A stretch of DNA of 64,000 bases from Eledone cirrhosa (GCA_964016885.1 OZ024742.1:371690001-371754000); one strand, 5' to 3'. Shown: positions 1 through 16,700, numbered from the stretch's first letter. Program-made: numbers and translations. The notes: a model not told the origin generated them from the letters alone.

Positions 1-3000
1 TAGTCTAACTACTCTAAATAATAGTGTACCTACTCTAAATGATACAGCCTACCTACTCTAAATAATACAGCCTACCTACTCTAAATAATACAGTCTACCT
101 ATTCTAAATAATAGTCTACCTACTCTAAATAATACAGTCTACCTACTCTAAATGATAGTCTAACTACTCTAAATAATACAGTCTACCTACTCTAAATGAT
201 AGTCTAACTACTCTAAACAATACAGTCTACTTACTCTAAATAATAGTCTACCTACTCTAAATAATACAGCCTACCTACTCTAAATAATACAGCCTACCTA
301 CTCTAAATAGTAGTCTACCTACTCTAAATGATAGTCTACCTACTCTAAATGATACAGCCTACCTACTCTAAATAATACAGCCTACCTACTCTAAATAATA
401 GTCTACCTACTCTAAATAATAAAGTCTACCTACTCTAAATAATAGTCTACCTACTCTAAATAATACAGTCTACCTACTCTAAATGATAGTCTACATACTC
501 TAAATAATAGTCTACCTACTCTAAATAATAGTCTACCTACTCTAAATAATAGTCTACCTACTCTAAATGATACAGCCTACCTACTCAAAATATTAGTCTA
601 CCTACTCTAAATAATACAATCTACCTACTGTAAATGATAGTCTACCTACTCTAAATGATAGTCTACCTACTCTAAATAATAGTCTACCTACTCTAAATGA
701 TACAGTCTACCTACTCTAAATGATAGTCTACCTACTCTAAATGATACAGTCTACCTACTCTAAATGATACAGTCTACCTACTCTAAATGATACAGTCTAC
801 CTACTCTAAATGATAGTCTACCTACTCTAAATGATAGTCTACCTACTCTAAATGATACAGTCTACCTACTCTAAATGATAGTCTACCTACTCTAAATGAT
901 AGAGTCTACCTACTCTAAATGATAGTCTACCTACTCTAAATGATACAGTCTACCTACTCTAAATGATATAGTCTACCTACTCTAAATGATAGTCTACCTA
1001 CTCTAAATGATAGTCTACCTACTCTAAATGATACAGTCTACCTACTCTAAATGATAGTCTACCTACTCTAAATGATAGTCTACCTACTCTAAATGATACA
1101 GTCTACCTACTCTAAATGATAGTCTACGTACTCTAAATGATACAGTCTACCTACTCTAAATGATAGCCTACCTACTCTAAATCATAGTCTACCTACTCTA
1201 AATAATAGTCTACCTACTCTAAATAATAGTCTACCTATCTAAATGATACAGTCTACCTACTCTAAATGATAGTCTACCTACTCTAAATGATACAGTCTAC
1301 CTACTCTAAATGATACTGTCTACCTACTCTAAATGATAGTCTACCTACTCTAAATGATACAGCCTACCTACTCTAAATGATACAGTCTACCTACTCTAAA
1401 TGATAGTCTACCTACTCTAAATGATAGTCTACCTACTCTAAATGATACAGTCTACCTACTCTAAATGATAGCCTACCTACTCTAAATAATACAGTCTACC
1501 TACTCTAAATGATACAGTCTACCTACTCTAAATCATAGTCTACCTACTCTAAATGATACAGTCTACCTACTCTAAATGATACAGTCTACCTACTCTAAAT
1601 GATAGTCTACCTACTCTAAATGATACAGTCTACCTACTCTAAATGATAGTCTACCTACTCTAAATGATACAGCCTACCTACTCTAAATGATACAGTCTAC
1701 CTACTCTAAATGATAGTCTACCTACTCTAAATAATACAGACTACCTACTCTAAATAATAGTCTACCTACTCTAAATGATAGTCTACCTACTCTAAATGAT
1801 AGTCTACCTACTCTAAATAATACAGTCTATCTACTCTAAATGATAGTCTACCTACTCTAAATAATAGTCTACCTACTCTAAATAATAGTCTACCTACTCT
1901 AAATGATAGTCTACCTACTGTAAATAATACAGCCTACCTACTCTAAATGATAGTCTACCTACTGTAAATAATACAGACTACCTACTCTAAATAATAGTCT
2001 ACCTACTCTAAATGATACAGCCTACCTACTCTAAATGATAGTCTACCTACTCTAAATAATAGCCTACCTACTCTAAATGATAGTCTACCTACTCTAAATG
2101 ATAGTCTACCTACTCTAAATGATAGTCTACCTACTCTAAATGATAGTCTACCTGCACTAAATGATAGTCTACCTGCACTAAATAATACAGCCTACCTACG
2201 CTAAATGATAGCCTACCTGCTCTAAATGATAGTCTACCTACTCTAAATGATACAGCCTACCTACTCTAAATGATAGTCTACCTACTCTAAATGATTGTCT
2301 ACCTACTGTAAATGATAGTCTACCTGCTCTAAATAATAGTCTACCTACTCTAAATAATAGTCTACCTACTCTAAATGATACAGTCTACCTACTCTAAATG
2401 ATAGTCTACCTACTCTAAATAATAGTCTACCTACTCTAAATAATAGTCTACCTTCTCTAAATAATAGTCTACCTACTCTAAATAATAGCCTACCTACTCT
2501 AAATGATACAGCCTACCTACTCTAAATGATAGCCTACCTACTCTAAATGATAGTCTACCTACTCTAAATGATAGTCTACCTACTCTAAATAATAGTCTAC
2601 CTACTCTAAATAATAGTCTACCTACTCTAAATAATAGTATACCTACTCTAAATAATACAGCCTACCTACTCTAAATAATACAGTCTACCTACTCTAAATA
2701 ATAGTCTACCTACTCTAAATAATAGCCTACCTACTCTAAATGATACAGCCTACCTACTCTAAATAATAGTCTACCTGCTCTAAATGATACAGTCTACCTA
2801 CTCTAATTAATAGTCAACCTACTCTAAATGATACAGCCTACCTACTCTAAATAATAGTCTACCTACTCTAAATAATAGTCTACCTACTCTAAATGATAGT
2901 CTAACTACTCTAAATAATAGTGTACCTACTCTCAATGATACAGCCTACCTACTCTAAATAATACAGCCTACCTACTCTAAATAATACAGTCTACCTATTC

Positions 3001-4306
3001 TAAATAATAGTCTACCTACTCTAAATAATACAGTCTACCTACTCTAAATGATAGTCTAACTACTCTAAATAATACAGTCTACCTACTCTAAATGATAGTC
3101 TAACTACTCTAAACAATACAGTCTACTTACTCTAAATAATAGTCTACCTACTCTAAATAATACAGCCTACCTACTCTAAATAATACAGCCTACCTACTCT
3201 AAATAGTAGTCTACCTACTCTAAATGATAGTCTACCTACTCTAAATGATACAGCCTACCTACTCTAAATAATACAGCCTACCTACTCTAAATAATAGTCT
3301 ACCTACTCTAAATAATAAAGTCTACCTACTCTAAATAATAGTCTACCTACTCTAAATAATACAGTCTACCTACTCTAAATGATAGTCTACATACTCTAAA
3401 TAATAGTCTACCTACTCTAAATAATAGTCTACCTACTCTAAATAATAGTCTACCTACTCTAAATGATACAGCCTACCTACTCAAAATATTAGTCTACCTA
3501 CTCTAAATAATACAATCTACCTACTGTAAATGATAGTCTACCTACTCTAAATGATAGTCTACCTACTCTAAATAATAGTCTACCTACTCTAAATGATACA
3601 GTCTACCTACTCTAAATGATAGTCTACCTACTCTAAATGATACAGTCTACCTACTCTAAATGATACAGTCTACCTACTCTAAATGATACAGTCTACCTAC
3701 TCTAAATGATAGTCTACCTACTCTAAATGATAGTCTACCTACTCTAAATGATACAGTCTACCTACTCTAAATGATAGTCTACCTACTCTAAATGATAGAG
3801 TCTACCTACTCTAAATGATAGTCTACCTACTCTAAATGATACAGTCTACCTACTCTAAATGATATAGTCTACCTACTCTAAATGATAGTCTACCTACTCT
3901 AAATGATAGTCTACCTACTCTAAATGATACAGTCTACCTACTCTAAATGATAGTCTACCTACTCTAAATGATAGTCTACCTACTCTAAATGATACAGTCT
4001 ACCTACTCTAAATGATAGTCTACGTACTCTAAATGATACAGTCTACCTACTCTAAATGATAGCCTACCTACTCTAAATCATAGTCTACCTACTCTAAATA
4101 ATAGTCTACCTACTCTAAATAATAGTCTACCTATCTAAATGATACAGTCTACCTACTCTAAATGATAGTCTACCTACTCTAAATGATACAGTCTACCTAC
4201 TCTAAATGATACTGTCTACCTACTCTAAATGATAGTCTACCTACTCTAAATGATACAGCCTACCTACTCTAAATGATACAGTCTACCTACTCTAAATGAT
4301 AGTCTA
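1..4306 (+). repeat. Near-identical block duplication within the array: 1-~1410 repeated at 2897-~4306 (offset 2896 bp)
   Basis: Rare variants recur at exactly +2896: AAAC (C at 218/3114), CAAAATATT (586/3482), 1-bp-deleted CTATCT (1235/4131) and TACTGTC (1314/4210). The copies diverge after ~1413/4309. Confidence 0.92.
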
Positions 4307-4699
4307 CCTTCTCTAAATGATACAGTCTACCTACTCTAAATGATAGCCTACCTACTCTAAATAATATAGTCTACCTACTCTAAATGATACAGTCTACCTA
4401 CTCTAAATGATAGTCTACCTACTCTAAATGATACAGTCTACCTACTCTAAATGATACAGTCTACCTACTCTAAATGATAGTCTACCTACTCTAAATGATA
4501 GTCTACCTACTCTAAATGATAGTCTACCTACTCTAAATGATAGTCTACCTACTCTAAATGATACAGTCTACCTACTCTAAATGATAGTCTACCTACTCTA
4601 AATGATACAGCCTACCTACTCTAAATGATACAGTCTACCTACTCTAAATGATAGTCTACCTACTCTAAATGATAGTCTACCTACTCTATATAATAGTCT

Positions 4700-7600
4700 A
4701 CCTACTCTAAATGATAGTCTACCTACACTAAATAATACAGCCTACCTACGCTAAATGATAGCCTACCTGCTCTAAATGATAGTCTACCTACTCTAAATGA
4801 TACAGCCTACCTACTCTAAATGATAGTCTACCTACTCTAAATGATAGTCTACCTACTCTAAATGATAGTCTACCTACTCTAAATGATAGTCTACCTACTC
4901 TAAATGATACAGTCTACCTACTCTAAATGATAGTCTACCTACTCTAAATAATAGTCTACCTACTCTAAATAATAGTCTACCTACTCTAAATAATAGTCTA
5001 CCTACTCTAAATAATAGCCTACCTACTCTAAATGATACAGTCTACCTACTCTAAATGATAGCCTACCTACTCTAAATGATAGCCTACCTACTCTAAATGA
5101 TAGTCTAACTACTATAATTGATAGTCTACCGACTCTAAATGATAGTCTACCTACTCTAAATAATACAGTGTACCTACTCTAAATGATAGTCTACCTACTC
5201 TAAATAATAGTCTACCTACTCTAAATAATAGTCTACCTACTCTAAATAATAGTCTACCTACTCTAAATAATACAGCCTACCTACTCTAAATAATACAGTC
5301 TACCTACTCTAAATAATAGTCTACCTACTCTAAATAATAGCCTACCTACTCTAAATGATACAGCCTACCTACTCTAAATAATAGTCTACCTGCTCTAAAT
5401 GATACAGTCTACCTACTCTAAATGATACAGCCTACCTACTCTAAATAATAGTCTACCTACTCTAAATGATAGTCTAACTACTCTAAATAATAGTCTACCT
5501 ACTCTAAATGATACAGCCTACCTACTCTAAATAATAGTCTACCTACTCTAAATAATAGTCTACCTACTCTAAATGATAGTCTAACTACTCTAAATAATAG
5601 TCTACCTACTCTAAATGATAGTCTACCTACTCTAAATAATACAGCCTACCTACTCTAAATGATAGTCTACCTACTCTAAATGATAGTCTAACTACTCTAA
5701 ATAATAGTCTACCTACTCTAAATGATACAGCCTACCTACTCTAAATAATAGTCTACCTACTCTAAATAATAGTCTACCTACTCTATATGATACAGTCTAC
5801 CTACTCTAAATGATACAGCCTACCTACTCTAAATAATACAGTCTACCTACTCTAAATAATAGTCTACCTACTCTAAATGATAGTCTAACTACTCTAAATA
5901 ATAGTCTACCTACTCTAAATGATACACCCTATCTACTCTAAATAATACAGCCTACCTACTCTAAATAATACAGTCTACCTATTCTAAATAATAGTCTACC
6001 TACTCTAAATAATACAGTCTACCTACTCTAAATGATAGTCTACCTACTCTAAATGATAGTCTAACTACTCTAAATAATACAGTCTACCTACTCTAAATGA
6101 TAGTCTACCTACTCTAAATGATAGTCTAACTACTCTAAATAATACAGTCTACCTACTCTAAATAATAGTCTACCTACTCTAAATGATAGTCTACCTACTC
6201 TAAATGATACAGCCTACCTACTCTAAATAATACAGCCTACCTACTCTAAATAATAGTCTACCTACTCTAAATAATAAAGTCTACCTACTCTAAATAATAG
6301 TCTACCTACTCTAAATAATACAGTCTACCTACTCTAAATGATAGTCTACATACTCTAAATAATAGTCTACCTACTCTAAATAATAGTCTACCTACTCTAA
6401 ATAATAGTCTACCTACTCTAAATGATAGTCTACCTACTCTAAATGATACAGCCTACCTACTCTAAATGATACAGTCTACCTACTCTAAATGATACAGTCT
6501 ACCTACTCTAAATGATACAGTCTACCTACTCTAAATGATAGTCTACCTACTCTAAATGATAGTCTACCTACTCTATATAATAGTCTACCTACTCTAAATG
6601 ATAGTCTACCTACACTAAATAATACAGCCTACCTACGCTAAATGGTAGCCTACCTGCTCTAAATGATAGTCTACCTACTCTAAATGATACAGCCTACCTA
6701 CTCTAAATGATAGTCTACCTACTCTAAATGATAGTCTACCTACTCTAAATGATAGTCTACCTACTCTAAATGATAGTCTACCTACTCTAAATGATACAGT
6801 CTACCTACTCTAAATGATAGTCTACCTACTCTAAATAATAGTCTACCTACTCTAAATAATAGTCTACCTACTCTAAATAATAGTCTACCTACTCTAAATA
6901 ATAGCCTACCTACTCTAAATGATACAGCCTACCTACTCTAAATGATAGCCTACCTACTCTAAATGATAGTCTAACTACTATAATTGATAGTCTACCGACT
7001 CTAAATGATAGTCTACCTACTCTAAATGATACAGTCTACCTACTCTAAATGATACAGTCTACCTACTCTAAATGATAGTCTACCTACTCTAAATGATAGT
7101 CTACCTACTCTAAATGATACAGTCTACCTACTCTAAATGATAGTCTACCTACTCTAAATGATACAGCCTACCTACTCTAAATGATACAGTCTACCTACTC
7201 TAAATGATAGTCTACCTACTCTAAATGATAGTCTACCTACTCTAAATGATAGTCTACCTACTCTATATAATAGTCTACCTACTCTAAATGATAGTCTACC
7301 TACACTAAATAATACAGCCTACCTACGCTAAATGATAGCCTACCTGCTCTAAATGATAGTCTACCTACTCTAAATGATAGTCTACCTACTCTAAATGATA
7401 GTCTACCTACTCTAAATGATAGTCTACCTACTCTAAATGATACAGTCTACCTACTCTAAATGATACAGTCTACCTACTCTAAATGATAGTCTACCTACTC
7501 TAAATAATAGTCTACCTACTCTAAATAATAGTCTACCTACTCTAAATAATAGTCTACCTACTCTAAATAATAGCCTACCTACTCTAAATGATACAGCCTA

Positions 7601-10600
7601 CCTACTCTAAATGATAGCCTACCTACTCTAAATGATAGTCTAACTACTATAATTGATAGTCTACCGACTCTAAATGATAGTCTACCTACTCTAAATAATA
7701 CAGTGTACCTACTCTAAATGATAGTCTACCTACTCTAAATAATAGTCTACCTACTCTAAATAATAGTCTACCTACTCTAAATAATAGTCTACCTACTCTA
7801 AATAATACAGCCTACCTACTCTAAATAATACAGTCTACCTACTCTAAATAATAGTCTACCTACTCTAAATAATAGCCTACCTACTCTAAATGATACAGCC
7901 TACCTACTCTAAATAATAGTCTACCTGCTCTAAATGATACAGTCTACCTACTCTAAATGATACAGCCTACCTACTCTAAATAATAGTCTACCTACTCTAA
8001 ATAATAGTCTACCTACTCTAAATGATAGTCTAACTACTCTAAATAATAGTCTACCTACTCTAAATGATACAGCCTACCTACTCTAAATAATAGTCTACCT
8101 ACTCTAAATAATAGTCTACCTACTCTAAATAATAGTCTACCTACTCTAAATGATAGTCTAACTACTCTAAATAATAGTCTACCTACTCTAAATGATAGTC
8201 TACCTACTCTAAATAATACAGCCTACCTACTCTAAATGATAGTCTACCTACTCTAAATGATAGTCTAACTACTCTAAATAATAGTCTACCTACTCTAAAT
8301 GATACAGCCTACCTACTCTAAATAATAGTCTACCTACTCTAAATAATAGTCTACCTACTCTATATGATACAGTCTACCTACTCTAAATGATACAGCCTAC
8401 CTACTCTAAATAATACAGTCTACCTACTCTAAATAATAGTCTACCTACTCTAAATGATAGTCTAACTACTCTAAATAATAGTCTACCTACTCTAAATGAT
8501 ACACCCTATCTACTCTAAATAATACAGCCTACCTACTCTAAATAATACAGTCTACCTATTCTAAATAATAGTCTACCTACTCTAAATAATACAGTCTACC
8601 TACTCTAAATGATAGTCTACCTACTCTAAATGATAGTCTAACTACTCTAAATAATACAGTCTACCTACTCTAAATGATAGTCTACCTACTCTAAATGATA
8701 GTCTAACTACTCTAAATAATACAGTCTACCTACTCTAAATAATAGTCTACCTACTCTAAATAATAGTCTACCTACTCTAAATGATAGTCTACCTACTCTA
8801 AATGATACAGCCTACCTACTCTAAATAATACAGCCTACCTACTCTAAATAATAGTCTACCTACTCTAAATAATAAAGTCTACCTACTCTAAATAATAGTC
8901 TACCTACTCTAAATAATACAGTCTACCTACTCTAAATGATAGTCTACATACTCTAAATAATAGTCTACCTACTCTAAATAATAGTCTACCTACTCTAAAT
9001 AATAGTCTACCTACTCTAAATGATAGTCTACCTACTCTAAATGATACAGCCTACCTACTCTAAATGATACAGTCTACCTACTCTAAATGATAGTCTACCT
9101 ACTCTAAATGATAGTCTACCTACTCTATATAATAGTCTACCTACTCTAAATGATAGTCTACCTACACTAAATAATACAGCCTACCTACGCTAAATGGTAG
9201 CCTACCTGCTCTAAATGATAGTCTACCTACTCTAAATGATACAGCCTACCTACTCTAAATGATAGTCTACCTACTCTAAATGATAGTCTACCTACTCTAA
9301 ATGATAGTCTACCTACTCTAAATGATAGTCTACCTACTCTAAATGATACAGTCTACCTACTCTAAATGATAGTCTACCTACTCTAAATAATAGTCTACCT
9401 ACTCTAAATAATAGTCTACCTACTCTAAATAATAGTCTACCTACTCTAAATAATAGCCTACCTACTCTAAATGATACAGCCTACCTACTCTAAATGATAG
9501 CCTACCTACTCTAAATGATAGTCTAACTACTATAATTGATAGTCTACCGACTCTAAATGATAGTCTACCTACTCTAAATAATACAGTGTACCTACTCTAA
9601 ATGATAGTCTACCTACTCTAAATAATAGTCTACCTACTCTAAATAATAGTCTACCTACTCTAAATAATAGTCTACCTACTCTAAATAATACAGCCTACCT
9701 ACTCTAAATAATACAGTCTACCTACTCTAAATAATAGTCTACCTACTCTAAATAATAGCCTACCTACTCTAAATGATACAGCCTACCTACTCTAAATAAT
9801 AGTCTACCTGCTCTAAATGATACAGTCTACCTACTCTAAATGATAGTCTAACTACTCTAAATAATAGTCTACCTACTCTAAATAATACAGCCTACCTACT
9901 CTAAATAATACAGTCTACCTACTCTAAATAATAGTCTACCTACTCTAAATAATAGCCTACCTACTCTAAATGATACAGCCTACCTACTCTAAATAATAGT
10001 CTACCTACTCTAAATAATAGTCTACCTACTCTAAATGATAGTCTAACTACTCTAAATAATAGTCTACCTACTCTAAATGATACAGCCTACCTACTCTAAA
10101 TAATAGTCTACCTACTCTAAATAATAGTCTACCTACTCTAAATAATAGTCTACCTACTCTAAATGATAGTCTAACTACTCTAAATAATAGTCTACCTACT
10201 CTAAATGATAGTCTACCTACTCTAAATAATACAGCCTACCTACTCTAAATGATAGTCTACCTACTCTAAATGATAGTCTAACTACTCTAAATAATAGTCT
10301 ACCTACTCTAAATGATACAGCCTACCTACTCTAAATAATAGTCTACCTACTCTAAATAATAGTCTACCTACTCTATATGATACAGTCTACCTACTCTAAA
10401 TGATACAGCCTACCTACTCTAAATAATACAGTCTACCTACTCTAAATAATAGTCTACCTACTCTAAATGATAGTCTAACTACTCTAAATAATAGTCTACC
10501 TACTCTAAATGATACACCCTATCTACTCTAAATAATACAGCCTACCTACTCTAAATAATACAGTCTACCTATTCTAAATAATAGTCTACCTACTCTAAAT

Positions 10601-12950
10601 AATACAGTCTACCTACTCTAAATGATAGTCTACCTACTCTAAATGATAGTCTAACTACTCTAAATAATACAGTCTACCTACTCTAAATGATAGTCTACCT
10701 ACTCTAAATGATAGTCTAACTACTCTAAATAATACAGTCTACCTACTCTAAATAATAGTCTACCTACTCTAAATAATAGTCTACCTACTCTAAATGATAG
10801 TCTACCTACTCTAAATGATACAGCCTACCTACTCTAAATAATACAGCCTACCTACTCTAAATAATAGTCTACCTACTCTAAATAATAAAGTCTACCTACT
10901 CTAAATAATAGTCTACCTACTCTAAATAATACAGTCTACCTACTCTAAATGATAGTCTACATACTCTAAATAATAGTCTACCTACTCTAAATAATAGTCT
11001 ACCTACTCTAAATAATAGTCTACCTACTCTAAATGATAGTCTACCTACTCTAAATGATACAGCCTACCTACTCTAAATGATACAGTCTACCTACTCTAAA
11101 TGATAGTCTACCTACTCTAAATGATAGTCTACCTACTCTATATAATAGTCTACCTACTCTAAATGATAGTCTACCTACACTAAATAATACAGCCTACCTA
11201 CGCTAAATGGTAGCCTACCTGCTCTAAATGATAGTCTACCTACTCTAAATGATACAGCCTACCTACTCTAAATGATAGTCTACCTACTCTAAATGATAGT
11301 CTACCTACTCTAAATGATAGTCTACCTACTCTAAATGATAGTCTACCTACTCTAAATGATACAGTCTACCTACTCTAAATGATAGTCTACCTACTCTAAA
11401 TGATAGTCTACCTACTCTAAATAATAGTCTACCTACTCTAAATAATAGTCTACCTACTCTAAATAATAGTCTACCTACTCTAAATAATAGCCTACCTACT
11501 CTAAATGATACAGCCTACCTACTCTAAATGATAGCCTACCTACTCTAAATGATAGTCTAACTACTATAATTGATAGTCTACCGACTCTAAATGATAGTCT
11601 ACCTACTCTAAATAATACAGTGTACCTACTCTAAATGATAGTCTACCTACTCTAAATAATAGTCTACCTACTCTAAATAATAGTCTACCTACTCTAAATA
11701 ATAGTCTACCTACTCTAAATAATACAGCCTACCTACTCTAAATAATACAGTCTACCTACTCTAAATAATAGTCTACCTACTCTAAATAATAGCCTACCTA
11801 CTCTAAATGATACAGCCTACCTACTCTAAATAATAGTCTACCTGCTCTAAATGATACAGTCTACCTACTCTAAATGATACAGCCTACCTACTCTAAATAA
11901 TAGTCTACCTACTCTAAATAATAGTCTACCTACTCTAAATGATAGTCTAACTACTCTAAATAATAGTCTACCTACTCTAAATGATACAGCCTACCTACTC
12001 TAAATAATAGTCTACCTACTCTAAATAATAGTCTACCTACTCTAAATAATAGTCTACCTACTCTAAATGATAGTCTAACTACTCTAAATAATAGTCTACC
12101 TACTCTAAATGATAGTCTACCTACTCTAAATAATACAGCCTACCTACTCTAAATGATACAGCCTACCTACTCTAAATAATAGTCTACCTACTCTAAATAA
12201 TAGTCTACCTACTCTAAATGATAGTCTAACTACTCTAAATAATAGTCTACCTCCTCAAAATGATACAGCCTACCTACTCTAAATAATAGTCTACCTACTC
12301 TAAATAATAGTCTACCTACTCTATATGATACAGTCTACCTACTCTAAATGATACAGCCTACCTACTCTAAATAATACAGTCTACCTACTCTAAATAATAG
12401 TCTACCTACTCTAAATGATAGTCTAACTACTCTAAATAATAGTCTACCTACTCTAAATGATACACCCTATCTACTCTAAATAATACAGCCTACCTACTCT
12501 AAATAATACAGTCTACCTATTCTAAATAATAGTCTACCTACTCTAAATAATACAGTCTACCTACTCTAAATGATAGTCTACCTACTCTAAATGATAGTCT
12601 AACTACTCTAAATAATACAGTCTACCTACTCTAAATGATAGTCTACCTACTCTAAATGATAGTCTAACTACTCTAAATAAAACAGTCTACCTACTCTAAA
12701 TAATAGTCTACCTACTCTAAATAATAGTCTACCTACTCTAAATGATAGTCTACCTACTCTAAATGATACAGCCTACCTACTCTAAATAATACAGCCTACC
12801 TACTTCAAATAATAGTCTACCTACTCTAAATAATAAAGTCTACCTACTCTAAATAATAGTCTACCTACTCTAAATAATACAGTCTACCTACTCTAAATGA
12901 TAGTCTACATACTCTAAATAATAGTCTACCTACTCTAAATAATAGTCTAC
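4700..12950 (+). repeat. Higher-order repeat domain, about 4 copies of a ~1.9-2.6 kb unit, rich in TAA-type monomers
   Basis: Marker TATAATTGATAGTCTACCGA at ~5113, 6979, 7648, 9531 and 11565. Marker ACACCCTATC at ~5924, 8501, 10514 and 12462. Marker ATGGTAGCC at ~6642, 9194 and 11207. Domain boundaries are approximate. Confidence 0.85.
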
Positions 12951-13799
12951 CTACTCAAAATATTAGTCTACCTACTCTAAATAATACAATCTACCTACTG
13001 TAAATGATAGTCTACCTACTCTAAATGATAGTCTACCTACTCTAAATAATAGTCTACCTACTCTAAATGATACAGTCTACCTACTCTAAATGATAGTCTA
13101 CCTACTCTAAATGATACAGTCTACCTACTCTAAATGATACAGTCTACCTACTCTAAATGATACAGTCTACCTACTCTAAATGATAGTCTACCTACTCTAA
13201 ATGATAGTCTACCTACTCTAAATGATACAGTCTACCTACTCTAAATGATAGTCTACCTACTCTAAATGATAGTCTACCTACTCTAAATGATACAGTCTAC
13301 CTACTCTAAATGATAGTCTACCTACTCTAAATGATACAGTCTACCTACTCTAAACGATAGTCTACCTACTCTAAATGATAGTCTACCTACTCTAAATGAT
13401 ACAGTCTACCTACTCTAAATGATAGTCTACCTACTCTAAATGATAGTCTACGTACTCTAAATGATACAGTCTACCTACTCTAAATGATAGCCTACCTACT
13501 CTAAATGATAGCCTACCTACTCTAAATCATAGTCTACCTACTCTAAATAATAGTCTACCTACTCTAAATAATAGTCTACCTACTCTAAATGATACAGTCT
13601 ACCTACTCTAAATGATACAGCCTACCTACTCTAAATGATAGTCTACCTACTCTAAATGATACAGTCTACCTACTCTAAATGATACAGTCTACCTACTCTA
13701 AATGATACAGTCTACCTACTCTAAATGATAGTCTACCTTCTCTAAATGATACAGTCTACCTACTCTAAATGATAGCCTACCTACTCTAAATAATACAGT

Positions 13800-16700
13800 C
13801 TACCTACTCTAAATGATACAGTCTACCTACTCTAAATGATACAGTCTACCTACTCTAAATTATACAGCCTACCTACTCTAAATGATACAGTCTACCTACT
13901 CTAAATGATAGTCTACCTACTCTAAATAATACAGTCTATCTACTCTAAATAATAGTCTACCTACTCTAAATAATAGTCTACCTACTCTAAATGATAGTCT
14001 ACCTACTGTAAATAATACAGCCTACCTACTCTAAATGATAGTCTACCTACTCTAAATAATAGTCTACCTACTCTAAATGATACAGCCTACCTACTCTAAA
14101 TGATAGTCTACCTACTCTAAATAATAGCCTACCTACTCTAAATGATAGTCTACCTACTCTAAATGATAGTCTACCTACTCTAAATGATAGTCTACCTACT
14201 CTAAATAATAGTCTACCTACTCTAAATGATAGTCTACCTACACTAAATAATACAGCCTACATACGCTAAATGATAGCCTACCTGCTCTAAATGATAGTCT
14301 ACCTACTCTAAATGATACAGTCTACCTACTCTAAATGATAGTCTACCTACTGTAAATGATAGTCTACGTACTCTAAATGATACAGTCTACCTACTCTAAA
14401 TGATAGCCTACCTACTCTAAATCATAGTCTACCTACTCTAAATAATAGTCTACCTACTCTAAATAATAGTCTACCTACTCTAAATGATACAGTCTACCTA
14501 CTCTAAATGATACAGCCTACCTACTCTAAATGATAGTCTACCTACTCTAAATGATACAGTCTACCTACTCTAAATGATACAGTCTACCTACTCTAAATGA
14601 TACAGTCTACCTACTCTAAATGATAGTCTACCTACTCTAAATGATACAGTCTACCTACTCTAAATGATACAGTCTACCTACTCTAAATGATAGTCTACCT
14701 ACTCTAAATGATAGTCTACCTACTCTAAATGATACAGTCTACCTACTCTAAATGATACAGTCTACCTACTCTAAATGATAGTCTACCTACTCTAAATAAT
14801 AGTCTACCTACTCTAAATGATACAGTCTACCTACTCTAAATGATACAGTCTACCTACTCTAAATGATAGTCTACCTACTCTAAATGATACAGCCTACCTA
14901 CTCTAAATGATAGCCTACCTACTCTAAATCATAGTCTACCTACTCTAAATAATAGTCTACCTACTCTAAATAATAGTCTACCTACTCTAAATGATACAGT
15001 CTACCTACTCTAAATGATACAGCCTACCTACTCTAAATGATAGTCTACCTACTCTAAATGATACAGTCTACCTACTCTAAATGATACAGTCTACCTACTC
15101 TAAATGATACAGTCTACCTACTCTAAATGATAGTCTACCTACTCTAAATGATACAGTCTACCTACTCTAAATGATACAGTCTACCTACTCTAAATGATAG
15201 TCTACCTACTCTAAATGATAGTCTACCTACTCTAAATGATACAGTCTACCTACTCTAAATGATACAGTCTACCTACTCTAAATGATAGTCTACCTACTCT
15301 AAATGATAGTCTACCTACTCTAAATGATACAGTCTACCTACTCTAAATGATACAGTCTACCTACTCTAAATGATAGTCTACCTACTCTAAATGATACAGC
15401 CTACCTACTCTAAATGATACAGTCTACCTACTCTAAATGATAGTCTACCTACTCTAAATGATACAGTCTACCTACTCTAAATGATAGTCTACCTACTCTA
15501 AATAATACAGTCTACCTACTCTAAATAATAGCCTACCTACTCTAAATGATAGTCTACCTACTCTAAATGATAGTCTACCTACTCTAAATAATAGTCTACC
15601 TACTCTAAATGATAGTCTACCTACACTAAATAATACAGCCTACCTACGCTAAATGATAGCCTACCTGCTGAATGATAGTCTACCTACTCTAAATGATACA
15701 GTCTACCTACTCTAAATGATAGTCTACCTACTCTAAATGATACAGTCTACCTACTCTAAATGATAGTCTACCTACTCTAAATGATACAGTCTACCTACTC
15801 TAAATGATAGTCTACCTACTCTAAATGATAGTCTACCTACTCTAAATGATACAGTCTACCTACTCTAAATGATAGTCTACCTACTCTAAATGATAGTCTA
15901 CCTACTCTAAATGATACAGTCTACCTACTCTAAATGATAGTCTACGAACTCTAAATGATAGTCTACCTACTCTAAATGATAGTCTGCCTACTCTAAATGA
16001 TAGTCTACCTACTCTAAATAATAGTCTACCTACTCTAAATAATAGTCTACCTACCCTAAATGATACAGTCTACCTACCCTAAATGATACAGTCTACCTAC
16101 TCTAAATGATACAGCCTACCTACTCTAAATGATAGTCTACCTACTCTAAATGATACAGTCTACCTACTCTAAATGATACAGTCTACCTACTCTAAATTAT
16201 ACAGCCTACCTACTCTAAATGATACAGTCTACCTACTCTAAATGATAGTCTACCTACTCTAAATAATACAGTCTATCTACTCTAAATAATAGTCTACCTA
16301 CTCTAAATAATAGTCTACCTACTCTAAATGATAGTCTACCTACTGTAAATAATACAGCCTACCTACTCTAAATGATAGTCTACCTACTCTAAATAATAGT
16401 CTACCTACTCTAAATGATACAGCCTACCTACTCTAAATGATAGTCTACCTACTCTAAATAATAGCCTACCTACTCTAAATGATAGTCTACCTACTCTAAA
16501 TGATAGTCTACCTACTCTAAATGATAGTCTACCTACTCTAAATAATAGTCTACCTACTCTAAATGATAGTCTACCTACACTAAATAATACAGCCTACATA
16601 CGCTAAATGATAGCCTACCTGCTCTAAATGATAGTCTACCTACTCTAAATGATACAGTCTACCTACTCTAAATGATAGTCTACCTACTGTAAATGATAGT

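Noticed and set aside
5113-11572. TATAAT motifs resembling bacterial -10 boxes (~5113, 6979, 7648, 9531, 11565)
   Set aside because: They are point variants of TCTAAA copied by block duplication, with no -35 element and no downstream gene.
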